Shown here piece by piece: positions 19,371 through 29,768 of a stretch of DNA of 64,000 nt. The notes below the pieces were generated by a model. That model had not been told where the DNA came from and did no database searches. It worked only from the letters and a program-made list of their open reading frames with translations. The position numbers were made by a program, and so were the translations under genes. Each line of letters opens with the position of its first letter. The first letter of the stretch is position 1. The DNA comes from an uncultured Clostridia bacterium (GTDB lineage Bacteria > Bacillota > Clostridia > TANB77 > CAG-508). The stretch covers positions 131,170-195,169 of the forward strand of contig CALXVG010000001.1 of assembly GCA_944391955.1 (NCBI GenBank), in the 5' to 3' direction.

Positions 19371-20202
19371 TTATTTTTTGTTTTTTTCTTTTTCATTATG
19401 GCAACTTTTTTCATTTTGTGACATTTTTTTCTGATACGTTTTTACAGAATACACTATTATTCCTAAAAGTAAAATTATTAATGATAATAATTGGGAAATT
19501 CTTATACTACCTAGCATTAAGCTGTCTGTTCTTAGTCCTTCTATAATTGTTCTGATTACTCCATATCCTATAAAGTATACACATGTAGCTTGTCCTGTAA
19601 ATTTTCCTTTTTTTATTAACATGAGAATTATAAACAAACTAAATGTTCCTAATGCCTCGTATAAAAATGTTGGATGAACTTCTATGTACTCTCCAAATTC
19701 ATATATTCCCATTCTCCATGGTAGTGTAGTCTGTGTCCCATATGCTTCTACATTAAAAAAATTTCCCCATCTTCCTATTGATTGTCCGAATTGCTAAACT
19801 TGGTGCTGCATAGTCTAATAATTCAATAAAGTTAATTTTTCTTTTTCTGCAGAATACATAACATGTAATAATTCCTCCTATAATACCTCCATAAATTGCT
19901 AATCCTCCATTTCTGAAATTAAATATTTCTAGAGGAGATGATATATAATCACTTAAGCTAAATATAACATAATATATTCTTGCAGAAATTATTGAAATAG
20001 GTATTAGATATATACATAAATCTATTATATCTGAAAATTTTATATTAAAATGTTTTTCTCTTATTTTTAATACTAGTAATGCTATAACTATTGCTATTAC
20101 AATCATTACAGCATACCAGTATATATCCATTCCGAATATTGTAAATGCTATATCTGAAAATTTTAATTCTAAATTTAATAATGGAAATTTTACTATATTC
20201 AT
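19371..20202 (-). pseudogene. lgt: Prolipoprotein diacylglyceryl transferase Lgt, interrupted by a +1 frameshift.
   Basis: The N-terminal ORF (19753-20202) and the C-terminal ORF (19371-19712) together cover the whole Lgt sequence. The conserved segment [38 protein letters not shown] is read across two frames, and a single extra base near 19787 explains the shift. Confidence 0.7.
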
Positions 20203-20211
20203 TTTCTCTCC

Positions 20212-21513
20212 TTAATTATTTTCGTTTGTACTATCTTTTTTTATTATTGATATTACCATTTTGTCTTCTTTGAAAATATCTGTTAATATTTTTTGCGAAT
20301 ATTCTGGTGTTACTTGTTCATATAATTCGATATAATCAAAACTGTTTATACCTTTAAAATAGTCAGAAACAAACATTCTTGTTACTTCTGCAACATCATC
20401 ATATTCTCTTACATAATTTCCATATATCATATTTTTAATTCTTGAAAAATGATTTGTATCTATTGGATTTGCTTTTAATTTTTTTATTTCTTCTTTTATT
20501 TTTTCTAATATTTCTGTTGGATTTGAACTTTGTCCTGTAATTGCTATATGTGCATAATTCTCAGCAAATTCATATTCTAAATATGGTTCTCCTGTAAGCA
20601 TTCCTTTTTCATATAATTCTTTGTATAGTTTTGAACTTTTTCCAACTGTCATATTCAATAATATTTGTATTGCAATATGTTTTTTTACAAGGCTTTCTTT
20701 TGTTTCTGTTTCTTTTATATTATCTTTTATTCCGATTACAAAAATTGGCATACTTACTTCCATAGTTTGTGTTTTTTCTTTTTCCACTATTTCTTCTGGC
20801 TCTTCTGGATAAATTCTTTCTATTTCTCCATGTGGTTCAATCGGTTTTAATCTTTTCTTTACTTCTTCTAATAATTGCTCTGGTTCAAAATCTCCCGCAA
20901 AACACATTACCATGTTTGATGGATGATAAAATGTATTATAGCATTTATATAAAACTTCTTTGTCGATTTTGCTTATTGATTCTATTGAACCTGCAATATC
21001 AATGTTTATTGGATTGTTTTTATACATATTTTTTATAGCATTCATATATACTTGCCATTGTGGATAGTCATCATACATTCTTATTTCTTGCCCAATAATG
21101 CCTTTTTCTTTTTCTACATTTTCGTCTGTAAAATATGGATTTTGCACATAATCCATAAGTTCATCTAATGCAGGATAGAAGTTATCTGTACATTCAAATA
21201 AATATGCAGTATGATCTGTTGTTGTATATGCATTTGCATTTACTCCTAATGCGGTTAATGTATCTAGACTGTTTGTTCCATTTTCTTGTTCAAACATTTT
21301 GTGTTCTAAAAAATGTGCAACTCCATCAGGTATTTTTGTCTGTTGTGTGTCTCCTGGTGCTACAAATGTATTATTAATTGAACCAAAATGAGTAGCCCAC
21401 ATCATATATTTTTTCTGGGTATTTTTTTTAGGAATTATCATAACAGTTAACCCATTTTCTAATTTTTCTATATATAGTTTTTCTTTTACTTTAGAATTTT
21501 CAGTAATTTGCAT
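20212..21513 (-). CDS. M16 family (pitrilysin-like) zinc peptidase, catalytically competent subunit.
   Basis: 433 aa with the inverted zinc motif HFLEHKMF (HxxEH). Confidence 0.8.
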   Translation of the reverse strand: MQITENSKVKEKLYIEKLENGLTVMIIPKKNTQKKYMMWATHFGSINNTFVAPGDTQQTKIPDGVAHFLEHKMFEQENGTNSLDTLTALGVNANAYTTTDHTAYLFECTDNFYPALDELMDYVQNPYFTDENVEKEKGIIGQEIRMYDDYPQWQVYMNAIKNMYKNNPINIDIAGSIESISKIDKEVLYKCYNTFYHPSNMVMCFAGDFEPEQLLEEVKKRLKPIEPHGEIERIYPEEPEEIVEKEKTQTMEVSMPIFVIGIKDNIKETETKESLVKKHIAIQILLNMTVGKSSKLYKELYEKGMLTGEPYLEYEFAENYAHIAITGQSSNPTEILEKIKEEIKKLKANPIDTNHFSRIKNMIYGNYVREYDDVAEVTRMFVSDYFKGINSFDYIELYEQVTPEYSQKILTDIFKEDKMVISIIKKDSTNENN

Positions 21514-21553
21514 TATTTTCCTTCCTTTCTTCTCTCTTATAAATATTACAAAA

Positions 21554-22831
21554 TTAATTTTTTAAAAAATAAATCATATTTGTATTAATATTATTTGCAA
21601 TATCTAATATTTCTTCTTTTGTAACAGATTGTATTTTTTCAATATATTCGTCAAAACTAGTTAGATTTCCGGATAATTCCTGTCCTAAATAGTATGTGAT
21701 TTCTGAATCCTGCTCATCTGCAACAGTTTTTATTCCAGATACCATATATTTTTTTGCATTTTCAATATCTTCATCTGTAAAGTTACCATTTCTCATGTCT
21801 TCAAGTTGTTTATTTATTATTTGTACTGCTTTATCATAATTTTCTATTTCTATTCCACACCTAATAAATATATTGTTTTTTTGTCTTACATAGTTTGACC
21901 TTGCTGTATATGCCAAACTTGCTTTTTCTCTTACATTTTGGAATAATTTTGAAGTAGCACTTTCTCCTAATATAACATTATATAAACACATTGCATATTT
22001 TGAATTTTCTTTGTAATAATCTATGTCCATTCCTATTACTAGTTTTCCTTGTGTAACATCTTTTGATTCATTTAGAATTTTTATGTCTTCTATTTTTGTC
22101 TTTTTCTCTGTTTGTTCATTATTTATTATGTGGTTATCTTCTCTATCTGATAATTTTTTTATGTTTTCATTATTATTTAATAATTCTATTATTTTATTGT
22201 CATCAAAATCTCCAGAAACAAATATATCAATTTTTGCATTGCTTATCAAGTTTTTATAATATTCATATAAGTTGTGTTCATTTATTGTTTCTAAATCTTC
22301 TGTATAACCATATTTATATAAGCCAAATGGTTTATCTTTATACATTTCTTCTATACATCTATTAAATGCATAAATATCTTTATTGTCTATTTTGCCTTCT
22401 ATTAATCTTTTTATTGTTTGCTTTTCTGTTTCCACATATTGATTATTAAAATGATTTTCTTCAACTACTGGATTAAAAATTATATCTAACAATAAATTTA
22501 TAGATTTGTCTAATAAATTTTCTTGTTTTGGTAAAAAATTATCATTAATTGTTTCTAAATAAAATTTTATGATTTGATTGTCTCCTATTTTTTCTATTCC
22601 ACAATCTAAATTAGCACCATACATATTTTCTAATTCTATACTTATTTTTTCTTGTGTGTCTAAATTTTTTGTTCCACTTTTTAATACTGCTGGAATTAAT
22701 GCATTTTTTGTTACATTATCTCTTGATAATGGCAATGTTAAAAATATTGATATTAAATTTGTTTTAAACTTAGGTGTTTGAATTAAATGTGCTTTAATAT
22801 TTTCTTTTAATTTTTTTGTTTTATAAGACAT
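21554..22831 (-). CDS. M16 family peptidase homologue lacking HxxEH (non-catalytic partner).
   Basis: 425 aa. M16 fold-like but with no zinc-binding motif. Paired with the active subunit, as in YmfF/YmfH-type pairs. Confidence 0.7.
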   Translation of the reverse strand: MSYKTKKLKENIKAHLIQTPKFKTNLISIFLTLPLSRDNVTKNALIPAVLKSGTKNLDTQEKISIELENMYGANLDCGIEKIGDNQIIKFYLETINDNFLPKQENLLDKSINLLLDIIFNPVVEENHFNNQYVETEKQTIKRLIEGKIDNKDIYAFNRCIEEMYKDKPFGLYKYGYTEDLETINEHNLYEYYKNLISNAKIDIFVSGDFDDNKIIELLNNNENIKKLSDREDNHIINNEQTEKKTKIEDIKILNESKDVTQGKLVIGMDIDYYKENSKYAMCLYNVILGESATSKLFQNVREKASLAYTARSNYVRQKNNIFIRCGIEIENYDKAVQIINKQLEDMRNGNFTDEDIENAKKYMVSGIKTVADEQDSEITYYLGQELSGNLTSFDEYIEKIQSVTKEEILDIANNINTNMIYFLKN

Positions 22832-22900
22832 GTTATCTTCTCCTTATATTCATTTTATCTTAAGCAATACATATTGTATACTTTTTTAGTAAATTTATAC

Positions 22901-22930
22901 AAAAAACGGAGGTTGTTTTTTTAACCTCCT
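22901..22930 (-). terminator. Rho-independent terminator after rpsU.
   Basis: Minus strand reads GGAGGTT-aaaaaaac-AACCTCC followed by TTTTTT. Confidence 0.6.
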
Positions 22931-22941
22931 ATTTATATGTA

Positions 22942-23112
22942 TTAAAATTTTCTTTTCCTAGCTGCTTCTGATTTTTTCTTTCTCTTTACACTAGGTTTTT
23001 CATAATGTTCTCTTTTTCTTACCTCTTGTAATACACCATTTCTTACACATTGTCTTTTAAATCTTTTTAATGCATCTTCTATATTTCCATTATTAACTTT
23101 AATTTCTGCCAT
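22942..23112 (-). CDS. rpsU: 30S ribosomal protein S21.
   Basis: [56 protein letters not shown] (56 aa), with a GGGAGGG RBS. Below the ORF-track size cutoff. Confidence 0.85.
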   Translation of the reverse strand: MAEIKVNNGNIEDALKRFKRQCVRNGVLQEVRKREHYEKPSVKRKKKSEAARKRKF

Positions 23113-23170
23113 TTTGATTTCCCTCCCCTCGCATATGCTTTCCTTTTGTTGGGATTATACAACTTGTAAT

Positions 23171-23199
23171 ATTATATAAGAAATCTTGCAGAATGTCAA
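23171..23199 (-). promoter_or_regulatory. Sigma-A promoter for rpsU.
   Basis: On the minus strand: TTGACA, 17-nt spacer, TATAAT. Confidence 0.55.
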
Positions 23200-23222
23200 T
23201 ATTTTGTGTTAAAAATGGTTAA

Positions 23223-25298
23223 TTAAAATCCTGTTTTTGGTAGTTCTGGGTCTAATGGCATATTTTTAAAAGTTATTTCTACAATTTGGTTATTTTCTGT
23301 AATTGATATTGTTTTTGGTTCTGCATCTTTCAAAAAGTGTGCTGGTGTTTCGTATTCATATATAGTATATTTTCCATATGGTAATTCTTCTGTTAATATA
23401 CTTCCTGTTTTGTCTGTTGTATATATACCAATTACATCACCTCTTTCATCTATTATTAAGAATTTTGTATTTGCAAGTGGGCTATTTGCTGGTAAATTTA
23501 GGGTTTTATTATATTCTCCAGAAATTTTATTTATTTTTATTTTTCCATATTTCTGCTCATTTGCTAAAGTAATTGTTACAGTTTCATTTTCTTTTAATTC
23601 TATTTCTTGTTCTGAGTTATCTATTACATAGTTTGCTGGTGCTTCTTTTTCCTTTATTATAATTGTTTTATAATCTCTTATAGCATATTCCTTTGTATAT
23701 GCTTCTCCTTTTTCATTTGTTATAATTGTTTCTAAAATATTCCCATTTTTATCTAATACTTCAAATTTTACTCCTTGTAATTTTGTTTCTGGATTTTCTT
23801 TGTCTATCTTTACTATTTTTACTTTTCCCTTTTTTAATTCATTCTCTATAACAATATTTGTTGTTTCATTCCAATTTATATTAATTTCTATTTCTTCTGT
23901 TGAATTATACCATTGATTTGTTGTAATTTCTCGCAATATATATTCACCTGTTCTTAAATTTTCTATATTTATTTTTCCATTTTCATCAGTTGTATATGTT
24001 CCAACAATTTGATTAAATTCCTTGCTATATAATTCAAATTGTATACCTCCTATGGCAATATTATTATTATCTTTATCTACTTTTTGAATTTGCAAATTTC
24101 CTTTTTTATGTTCATTTTCTAATGTTATTTCTATTACTTTATTGTATACAGTTTCTACATTTACTATTTCTTGTGATATCAAATACTTATTATTAGTTGT
24201 AATTTCTCTTATTGTATAATTTCCTTGAACTAATTTATCAAATTCTACAAATCCATTCTCATCCGTTTCTTTTACTATTGGTTCACTTCCTGTATCTATA
24301 TTTCTTACTTCGTAAATAACTCCTGTAAGTGGTTGTTGTGTATCTTTATCTATTTTTCTGATTTTTATCCCTGCTGTTTTTACATCATATTTTTCTTCTA
24401 TCATAGCATTAGTTAAAGTAACTGTATCTGCTGTAATTGCATAGTTTTGTAAATTGCTATTATATGTTTTACCATAAAAAATGGGATATGATTTTGTTTG
24501 TACTTCAACACATATTGTTCCTTCAAGGTTTAACTTTTCTACTGTATATTTAGGCATTCTAACTTGAAATATTTCCCCGTATTTAAACCTTTCTTTTATT
24601 TCTCCTGATTTATTTGTTATTTTTACACCTGATTGAAAACCTGTTGTTGTTACTTGAAATGATTCTAATTCTACATTTGATGTTACTATATAGTTTTGTA
24701 TATATTCATCTTCTTTGAAAAACATATCTCCGGATTTTTTTATTGTTGCAACTGGAGTTTTATATGTAGATGTTCCATTCTCTCCTATATTTACTAATTT
24801 TTTCATTAATGCAACTGTTCTATCACCTGTTGCATCTGTTCCATAGTAGTTATTAACATCTGTCTGTCCTAAAATATCATAAATTGCTGTTTTGGTAGCT
24901 TGATATGCATATGTCCAATCATCAACACCTAGTTCTTCTGCACTTTTGTATGGATAGCCTGATGTTATCACTCTCCATATCTTATTATATATTTCATCAT
25001 TTTCTAACAATCTAGAAATATTTACATTATGTGTAAAACTATTATCTGCTCCATTTAATCCTCTATTTAAGCAATATGCTGGAAAGAATGTCCCTCCATT
25101 ATAATATCCAACTAAATCTGTAGTTATAGCATAATCGCCACTTTCTTTGTTTCTTACATGACATTCAACTGAACCATATCCTTTTAGCTGTATGTCTGTT
25201 CCTATTGCACAAGTTGCTGCATTTGCAATTGGAAGTATACTGTTTATTAATATTATAATCATTAGTACTATGCTTGAAATTTTATTTTTGCGTTTCAT
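23223..25298 (-). CDS. Cna-B / SpaA-type repeat surface adhesin or pilin-like protein. It has an LPKTG motif but no membrane anchor.
   Basis: 691 aa. Signal peptide. Repeated ~90-aa modules of prealbumin/Cna-B type (…GVKFEVLDKNGN…, …GVIYEVRNIDTG…, …GGIQFELYSKEF…). The ORF ends …ELPKTGF then stop. Confidence 0.7.
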   Translation of the reverse strand: MKRKNKISSIVLMIIILINSILPIANAATCAIGTDIQLKGYGSVECHVRNKESGDYAITTDLVGYYNGGTFFPAYCLNRGLNGADNSFTHNVNISRLLENDEIYNKIWRVITSGYPYKSAEELGVDDWTYAYQATKTAIYDILGQTDVNNYYGTDATGDRTVALMKKLVNIGENGTSTYKTPVATIKKSGDMFFKEDEYIQNYIVTSNVELESFQVTTTGFQSGVKITNKSGEIKERFKYGEIFQVRMPKYTVEKLNLEGTICVEVQTKSYPIFYGKTYNSNLQNYAITADTVTLTNAMIEEKYDVKTAGIKIRKIDKDTQQPLTGVIYEVRNIDTGSEPIVKETDENGFVEFDKLVQGNYTIREITTNNKYLISQEIVNVETVYNKVIEITLENEHKKGNLQIQKVDKDNNNIAIGGIQFELYSKEFNQIVGTYTTDENGKINIENLRTGEYILREITTNQWYNSTEEIEININWNETTNIVIENELKKGKVKIVKIDKENPETKLQGVKFEVLDKNGNILETIITNEKGEAYTKEYAIRDYKTIIIKEKEAPANYVIDNSEQEIELKENETVTITLANEQKYGKIKINKISGEYNKTLNLPANSPLANTKFLIIDERGDVIGIYTTDKTGSILTEELPYGKYTIYEYETPAHFLKDAEPKTISITENNQIVEITFKNMPLDPELPKTGF

Positions 25299-25320
25299 TT
25301 TTTTATCTTCCTTTCACATG

Positions 25321-25893
25321 TTAAATTTTTTCTATTGCTTGTACACATAAACGACTTTGTGGTTTATTTTGTATGCAAGTTATTAAAGTTATTATATTTT
25401 CTTGTGTATTCTCAATCACAGACCAATCTGTTGACTCTATTATTCTACTATCATATACAGAATACTTTTTTACTCCTAATTTTGTTTTATAAATAATTTC
25501 ATCACCAGCTTGTAGTTTGTCTATTTTTTCAAAGTAATGTGCATATTTTGAACGATTATGACTAGCTAATGCAACATTTCCAGTCCAAAAACTACTTTCT
25601 GAAAAGTGCCCTACCGCTTCTTTTAAAATTTCTTGACTTGTACCTTCTTGAATTGGTGCAATTAAATCTAATTTTGGAATTTCTATTATTCCTATGATAT
25701 TGTCATTCAATATAAGTTCTTCATTTGTTATTATTTCAACTTCAGTATTTTGATTTGAACTAATTATTTCTTTTGCTTTTGTTATTTGTTTCTCTTCTGT
25801 TTTATTAGCTTTAAAACTGCCAATATAAGCAGCAGCTAAGATTGTAGCTATGATTATTGGCAATGTTATCCAAAATACGTCTGTTTTCTTCAT
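25321..25893 (-). CDS. Sortase, class A/D-like.
   Basis: 190 aa. N-terminal TM anchor. The active-site His region (ALASHN) and the TLITC cysteine motif are present. It sits directly upstream of the adhesin gene. Confidence 0.7.
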   Translation of the reverse strand: MKKTDVFWITLPIIIATILAAAYIGSFKANKTEEKQITKAKEIISSNQNTEVEIITNEELILNDNIIGIIEIPKLDLIAPIQEGTSQEILKEAVGHFSESSFWTGNVALASHNRSKYAHYFEKIDKLQAGDEIIYKTKLGVKKYSVYDSRIIESTDWSVIENTQENIITLITCIQNKPQSRLCVQAIEKI

Positions 25894-26220
25894 GCATTCC
25901 TCCTTTTGAATTTTTGTAGCATTTAATATTAAAGTGTATCTTTATATTGAGGAATTCTACAAAATTCCTCATATGTTTTACACTTAAATACTAATATCTA
26001 CAAACTTAATATTTTTAATTGTTTTTATTGGAAATTTTTCAGAAAATTTTGAATCAAAAATTTCTTAGGCAAAGTTTTTTAGAATAATCGCGAGAAATGC
26101 GATTGTACTTTGCTGTGAACATTTTTATTTATACCACATCTAACAGTATTTTTCAAGAAAAATCGTTCGTCAAAACACAATCTTTCTCGACAGAATTCGA
26201 CAATCGTAACACTTTTCAAC

Positions 26221-26257
26221 TTTATTAAAGCAGTAGAACTAAAAATTCCTACTGCTT
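26221..26257 (-). terminator. Terminator hairpin after clpC.
   Basis: AAGCAGTAG ... CTACTGCTT, with a T-run on the minus strand. Confidence 0.5.
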
Positions 26258-26261
26258 CATT

Positions 26262-28697
26262 TTATACAATTTTTATGTTTTCATCTTCTGCTGTTATTAC
26301 TGCTTTATTCTTTATATTGCCTTCTATTATTGCTTCTGCAATTTTATCTTCTATTAAAGTTTGTATTGCTCTTCTTAAAGGTCTTGCTCCATATTTTTCA
26401 TCTGTTCCTTTTTTTACTATTAGTTCTTTTGCTTTATCATCTATTTCTATTGTTATTTCTTTTTCTTCTAGCCTATTTCTTACTTCTTTTAACATTATTT
26501 CTGCAATTTGTTTTATTTCTTCTTTAGTAAGTTTATGAAATACAATTATTTCATCTATACGATTAATAAATTCTGGTTTGAATTCCTTTTTTAGTTCTGC
26601 CATTACATCTTTTTTTACTCTGTCATATTCTTTTTCTTGTTCTTCTTTATTATCACTTGAAAATCCTAATGTTTTCTTTTCTGTTATCTGTCTTGCTCCT
26701 AAATTTGATGTCATAATGATAACTGTGTTTTTAAAATCTACAACTCGTCCGTGTGAGTCTGTAAGTCTTCCATCATCTAAGATTTGTAATAATAGATTTA
26801 AAACATCTGGATGTGCTTTTTCTATTTCATCAAATAATATAACAGAATATGGTTTTCTTCTGATTTTTTCTGTTAGTCCTCCTGCTTCATCAAATCCAAC
26901 ATATCCAGGAGGAGAACCTATCATTTTAGAAATCGAATGTGCTTCCATATATTCAGACATATCTATTCTAATTAAATCTTTTTCTTCTCCGAATAATGCT
27001 TCTGCTAGTGCTTTTGAAAGTTCTGTTTTTCCAACTCCAGTTGGTCCTAAAAACATGAATGAACCAATTGGTCTTTTAGGGTCTTTTAAACCTACTCGAC
27101 TTCTTTTTATTGCTTTTGAAACAGATTCTATTGCCTCATTTTGACCTATTACTCTTTCATGTAATTTTTGACTTAGATTTTTTAATCTTTCATTTTCATC
27201 TTGATTTATTTTATTTAATGGAATTCCTGTCCATTTTCCTATTACTTCTATAATATTTTCTTCTGTGATTTGTTTAACTGATTTGCTAGTTTTATCTTTC
27301 CATTTCTGTTTTTCTTTTTCTAATTTATCTTTTTCCTTTTTTTCTTTATCTCTTAATTCAGCTGCTCTTTCAAATTCTTGCATTTTTATTGCTTCTTCTT
27401 TTTCTTTAGCAATATTTTGAATTTTTTCTTCTTGTTCTTTGAATGTAATTGGTGCTGTGAATGATTTTAGTTTTGCCTTTGATGCTGCTTCATCTATTAA
27501 ATCAATTGCTTTATCTGGTAAAAATCTATCATTAATATATCTACTTGATAATTTTACGGCTGTAATTATAGCTTCATCTGTTATTTCTACATTGTGATGT
27601 GCTTCATATTTATCTCTTAGTCCTTTTATAATTTGTATTGTATCATCTATTGTTGGTTCTTCAATCATTATTGTTTGAAATCTTCTTTCTAAAGCACTAT
27701 CTTTTTCAATATATTTTCTATATTCATTTAATGTTGTAGCTCCGATTATTTGTACATCCCCTCGTGCTAAAAGTGGTTTTAATATATTTGCTGCATCTAT
27801 TGCTCCTTCTGCAGCTCCTGCTCCAACAATTGTATGGATTTCATCTATAAATAATATTACATCCCCAACTTTTTTTACTTCTTTGATTGCTTTTTTTACT
27901 CTTTCTTCAAAATCTCCTCTATATTTTGCTCCTGCTACCATTCCTGAAATGTCTAGTGTTACCACTCTCTTATCTCTTAAGTTTTCAGGAATATTTCCTG
28001 ATACTATTTTTTCTGCTAATCCTTCTATTACTGCGGTTTTTCCGACCCCTGGTTCACCTATTAAACAAGGATTGTTTTTTGTCCTTCTTGATAATATTTC
28101 TATAATCCTTTCTATCTCATTTTTTCTGCCAATAACTGGATCTAACTTTCCTTCATTTGCCAATTTACTTAAATCATTTCCAAATTGGTTTAGTGTTGGT
28201 GTTGAGTTATAACTTCCTTTATTGTTTTTTTCTTGTGTTCCATTATCATAATTATTTACTTCATTTTCAGTTATAACATTTATTAATTCGTTATATAATT
28301 TTTGAGAATTGACATTCAAGTCTAACATTATTCTTACAGCCACACTGTCTCCTTCTCTCATTATACCTACTAATAAATGCTCTGTTCCTATATAGTCTGA
28401 ATTCAATTTTTTTGCTTCTTTAAATGAATTTTCTATAACTTTTTTTGCTCTTGGAGTTAGCCCCATACTAGTTTTAGATTTTTGTTCTCCCATTCCTATT
28501 AATTCTTCCATCTTATTTAAAACTGTATCTGGTATAATATTTTGATTTTCTAAAACTTTACTTGCTACTCCTTTACCTTCTTTAGTCAAGCCATATAAAA
28601 TATGCTCTGTTCCTACATAACTGTGTCCTAATTTAATAGCCACTTCATTAGCTATTTTAATTGCTTCTTCTGCTCTTCCTGTAAATTTATATGTCAT
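26262..28697 (-). CDS. clpC: ATP-dependent Clp protease ATP-binding subunit ClpC.
   Basis: 811 aa. Two Clp-N repeats, two AAA+ modules (GEPGVGKT, GPTGVGKT) and a UVR-like linker. Confidence 0.9.
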   Translation of the reverse strand: MTYKFTGRAEEAIKIANEVAIKLGHSYVGTEHILYGLTKEGKGVASKVLENQNIIPDTVLNKMEELIGMGEQKSKTSMGLTPRAKKVIENSFKEAKKLNSDYIGTEHLLVGIMREGDSVAVRIMLDLNVNSQKLYNELINVITENEVNNYDNGTQEKNNKGSYNSTPTLNQFGNDLSKLANEGKLDPVIGRKNEIERIIEILSRRTKNNPCLIGEPGVGKTAVIEGLAEKIVSGNIPENLRDKRVVTLDISGMVAGAKYRGDFEERVKKAIKEVKKVGDVILFIDEIHTIVGAGAAEGAIDAANILKPLLARGDVQIIGATTLNEYRKYIEKDSALERRFQTIMIEEPTIDDTIQIIKGLRDKYEAHHNVEITDEAIITAVKLSSRYINDRFLPDKAIDLIDEAASKAKLKSFTAPITFKEQEEKIQNIAKEKEEAIKMQEFERAAELRDKEKKEKDKLEKEKQKWKDKTSKSVKQITEENIIEVIGKWTGIPLNKINQDENERLKNLSQKLHERVIGQNEAIESVSKAIKRSRVGLKDPKRPIGSFMFLGPTGVGKTELSKALAEALFGEEKDLIRIDMSEYMEAHSISKMIGSPPGYVGFDEAGGLTEKIRRKPYSVILFDEIEKAHPDVLNLLLQILDDGRLTDSHGRVVDFKNTVIIMTSNLGARQITEKKTLGFSSDNKEEQEKEYDRVKKDVMAELKKEFKPEFINRIDEIIVFHKLTKEEIKQIAEIMLKEVRNRLEEKEITIEIDDKAKELIVKKGTDEKYGARPLRRAIQTLIEDKIAEAIIEGNIKNKAVITAEDENIKIV

Positions 28698-28770
28698 TTT
28701 TTCCCCTTTCTTTTATTGATGAAATAAGCATATAGATATAATAGAAAACTTTGACTAATTATTATATAAA

Positions 28771-29691
28771 TTAATAATCAATTATTGTAGAGCCGATAAT
28801 TCCTGCATCACTTTTTAAAGTAGTTACAACTATTTGTGGAATATTATTATCATTGAATATTTCATTTTTTTGTTTGATTCTTTCATTTAGTTTATCTAAT
28901 AATATATCAGCAAAATATACAAAGCTACCACCTAAAGCTATCTTTTGTGGTTCAAATATATTTGCCAAGTTAGATAGACCTAATACTAAGTCTTCTACAT
29001 ATTCATCTATGATATTTTTCATTTTTTCATCTGTTATATTTTCATCCACAAATTTTCTTATCTCTTCTCCACTTATGTCTTCTATATTATATGTATCTAT
29101 TATTTTTTTCTTAAAAGCTTGCATTGATGCGTATTTTTCAAAACACCCTTTTCTTCCACAGTTACATTGTATTCCGCCTTTTTGAATTACCATGTGTCCT
29201 ATCTCAAATCCTTCATATTTTTGTGGTTTTAAAAGATTTCCTCCTAAAAATACTGCTCCTCCTATTCCTGTTCCTAATGTTACAAAAATACAGTCATCAC
29301 ATTTTTTTAATGAACCTCTTGCTTTTTCTGCAATTGCTGCACATTTTGCGTCATTTCTTAAATAAATTGGAACATTAAAGTATTTATTTATTTCAGAAAC
29401 AATATTGAAATTTTTTATATGAAGATTTTCTGCTTTTACAATGTCTGTTTCTGAAACAATTCCTGGAACAGCAATTCCTACCAATTCAATTTTTGATATG
29501 TCTATTTTTTTCTCTGTTAATATTTGTGATATTAAATCAATTATATTTTCAACTAAAATTTCAGTAAAGTTTTCTTTTTTATCAGTATTATTTAAATCCT
29601 TTTCTTTTTTTGCAATAAATGCTCCTCTTTCGTTTAAAACGCCTACTCCTACATGACTCCCTCCAATATCAACACCTATTTTCATAAACAT
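28771..29691 (-). CDS. glcK: ROK family glucokinase.
   Basis: 306 aa. IGVDIGGS N-terminal motif, a CNCGRKGC zinc motif and the ROK signature. Confidence 0.8.
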   Translation of the reverse strand: MFMKIGVDIGGSHVGVGVLNERGAFIAKKEKDLNNTDKKENFTEILVENIIDLISQILTEKKIDISKIELVGIAVPGIVSETDIVKAENLHIKNFNIVSEINKYFNVPIYLRNDAKCAAIAEKARGSLKKCDDCIFVTLGTGIGGAVFLGGNLLKPQKYEGFEIGHMVIQKGGIQCNCGRKGCFEKYASMQAFKKKIIDTYNIEDISGEEIRKFVDENITDEKMKNIIDEYVEDLVLGLSNLANIFEPQKIALGGSFVYFADILLDKLNERIKQKNEIFNDNNIPQIVVTTLKSDAGIIGSTIIDY

Positions 29692-29768
29692 ACCTCTTTC
29701 TAAAATATATTTGATTTTTTAAAATAGTAACTTGCTAAATATTATCTATTTTAAAATTTAACTATATT

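Noticed and set aside
19713-19752. Considered whether the lgt split reflects two genuinely separate genes.
   Set aside because: The conserved Lgt sequence continues uninterrupted across the junction in a shifted frame, so a frameshift is the simplest explanation. The second ORF has no independent RBS or start context.
28698-28770. Possible CtsR operator upstream of clpC.
   Set aside because: Only a single AGTCAAA heptad is present. The tandem heptad direct repeat needed for CtsR binding is absent.
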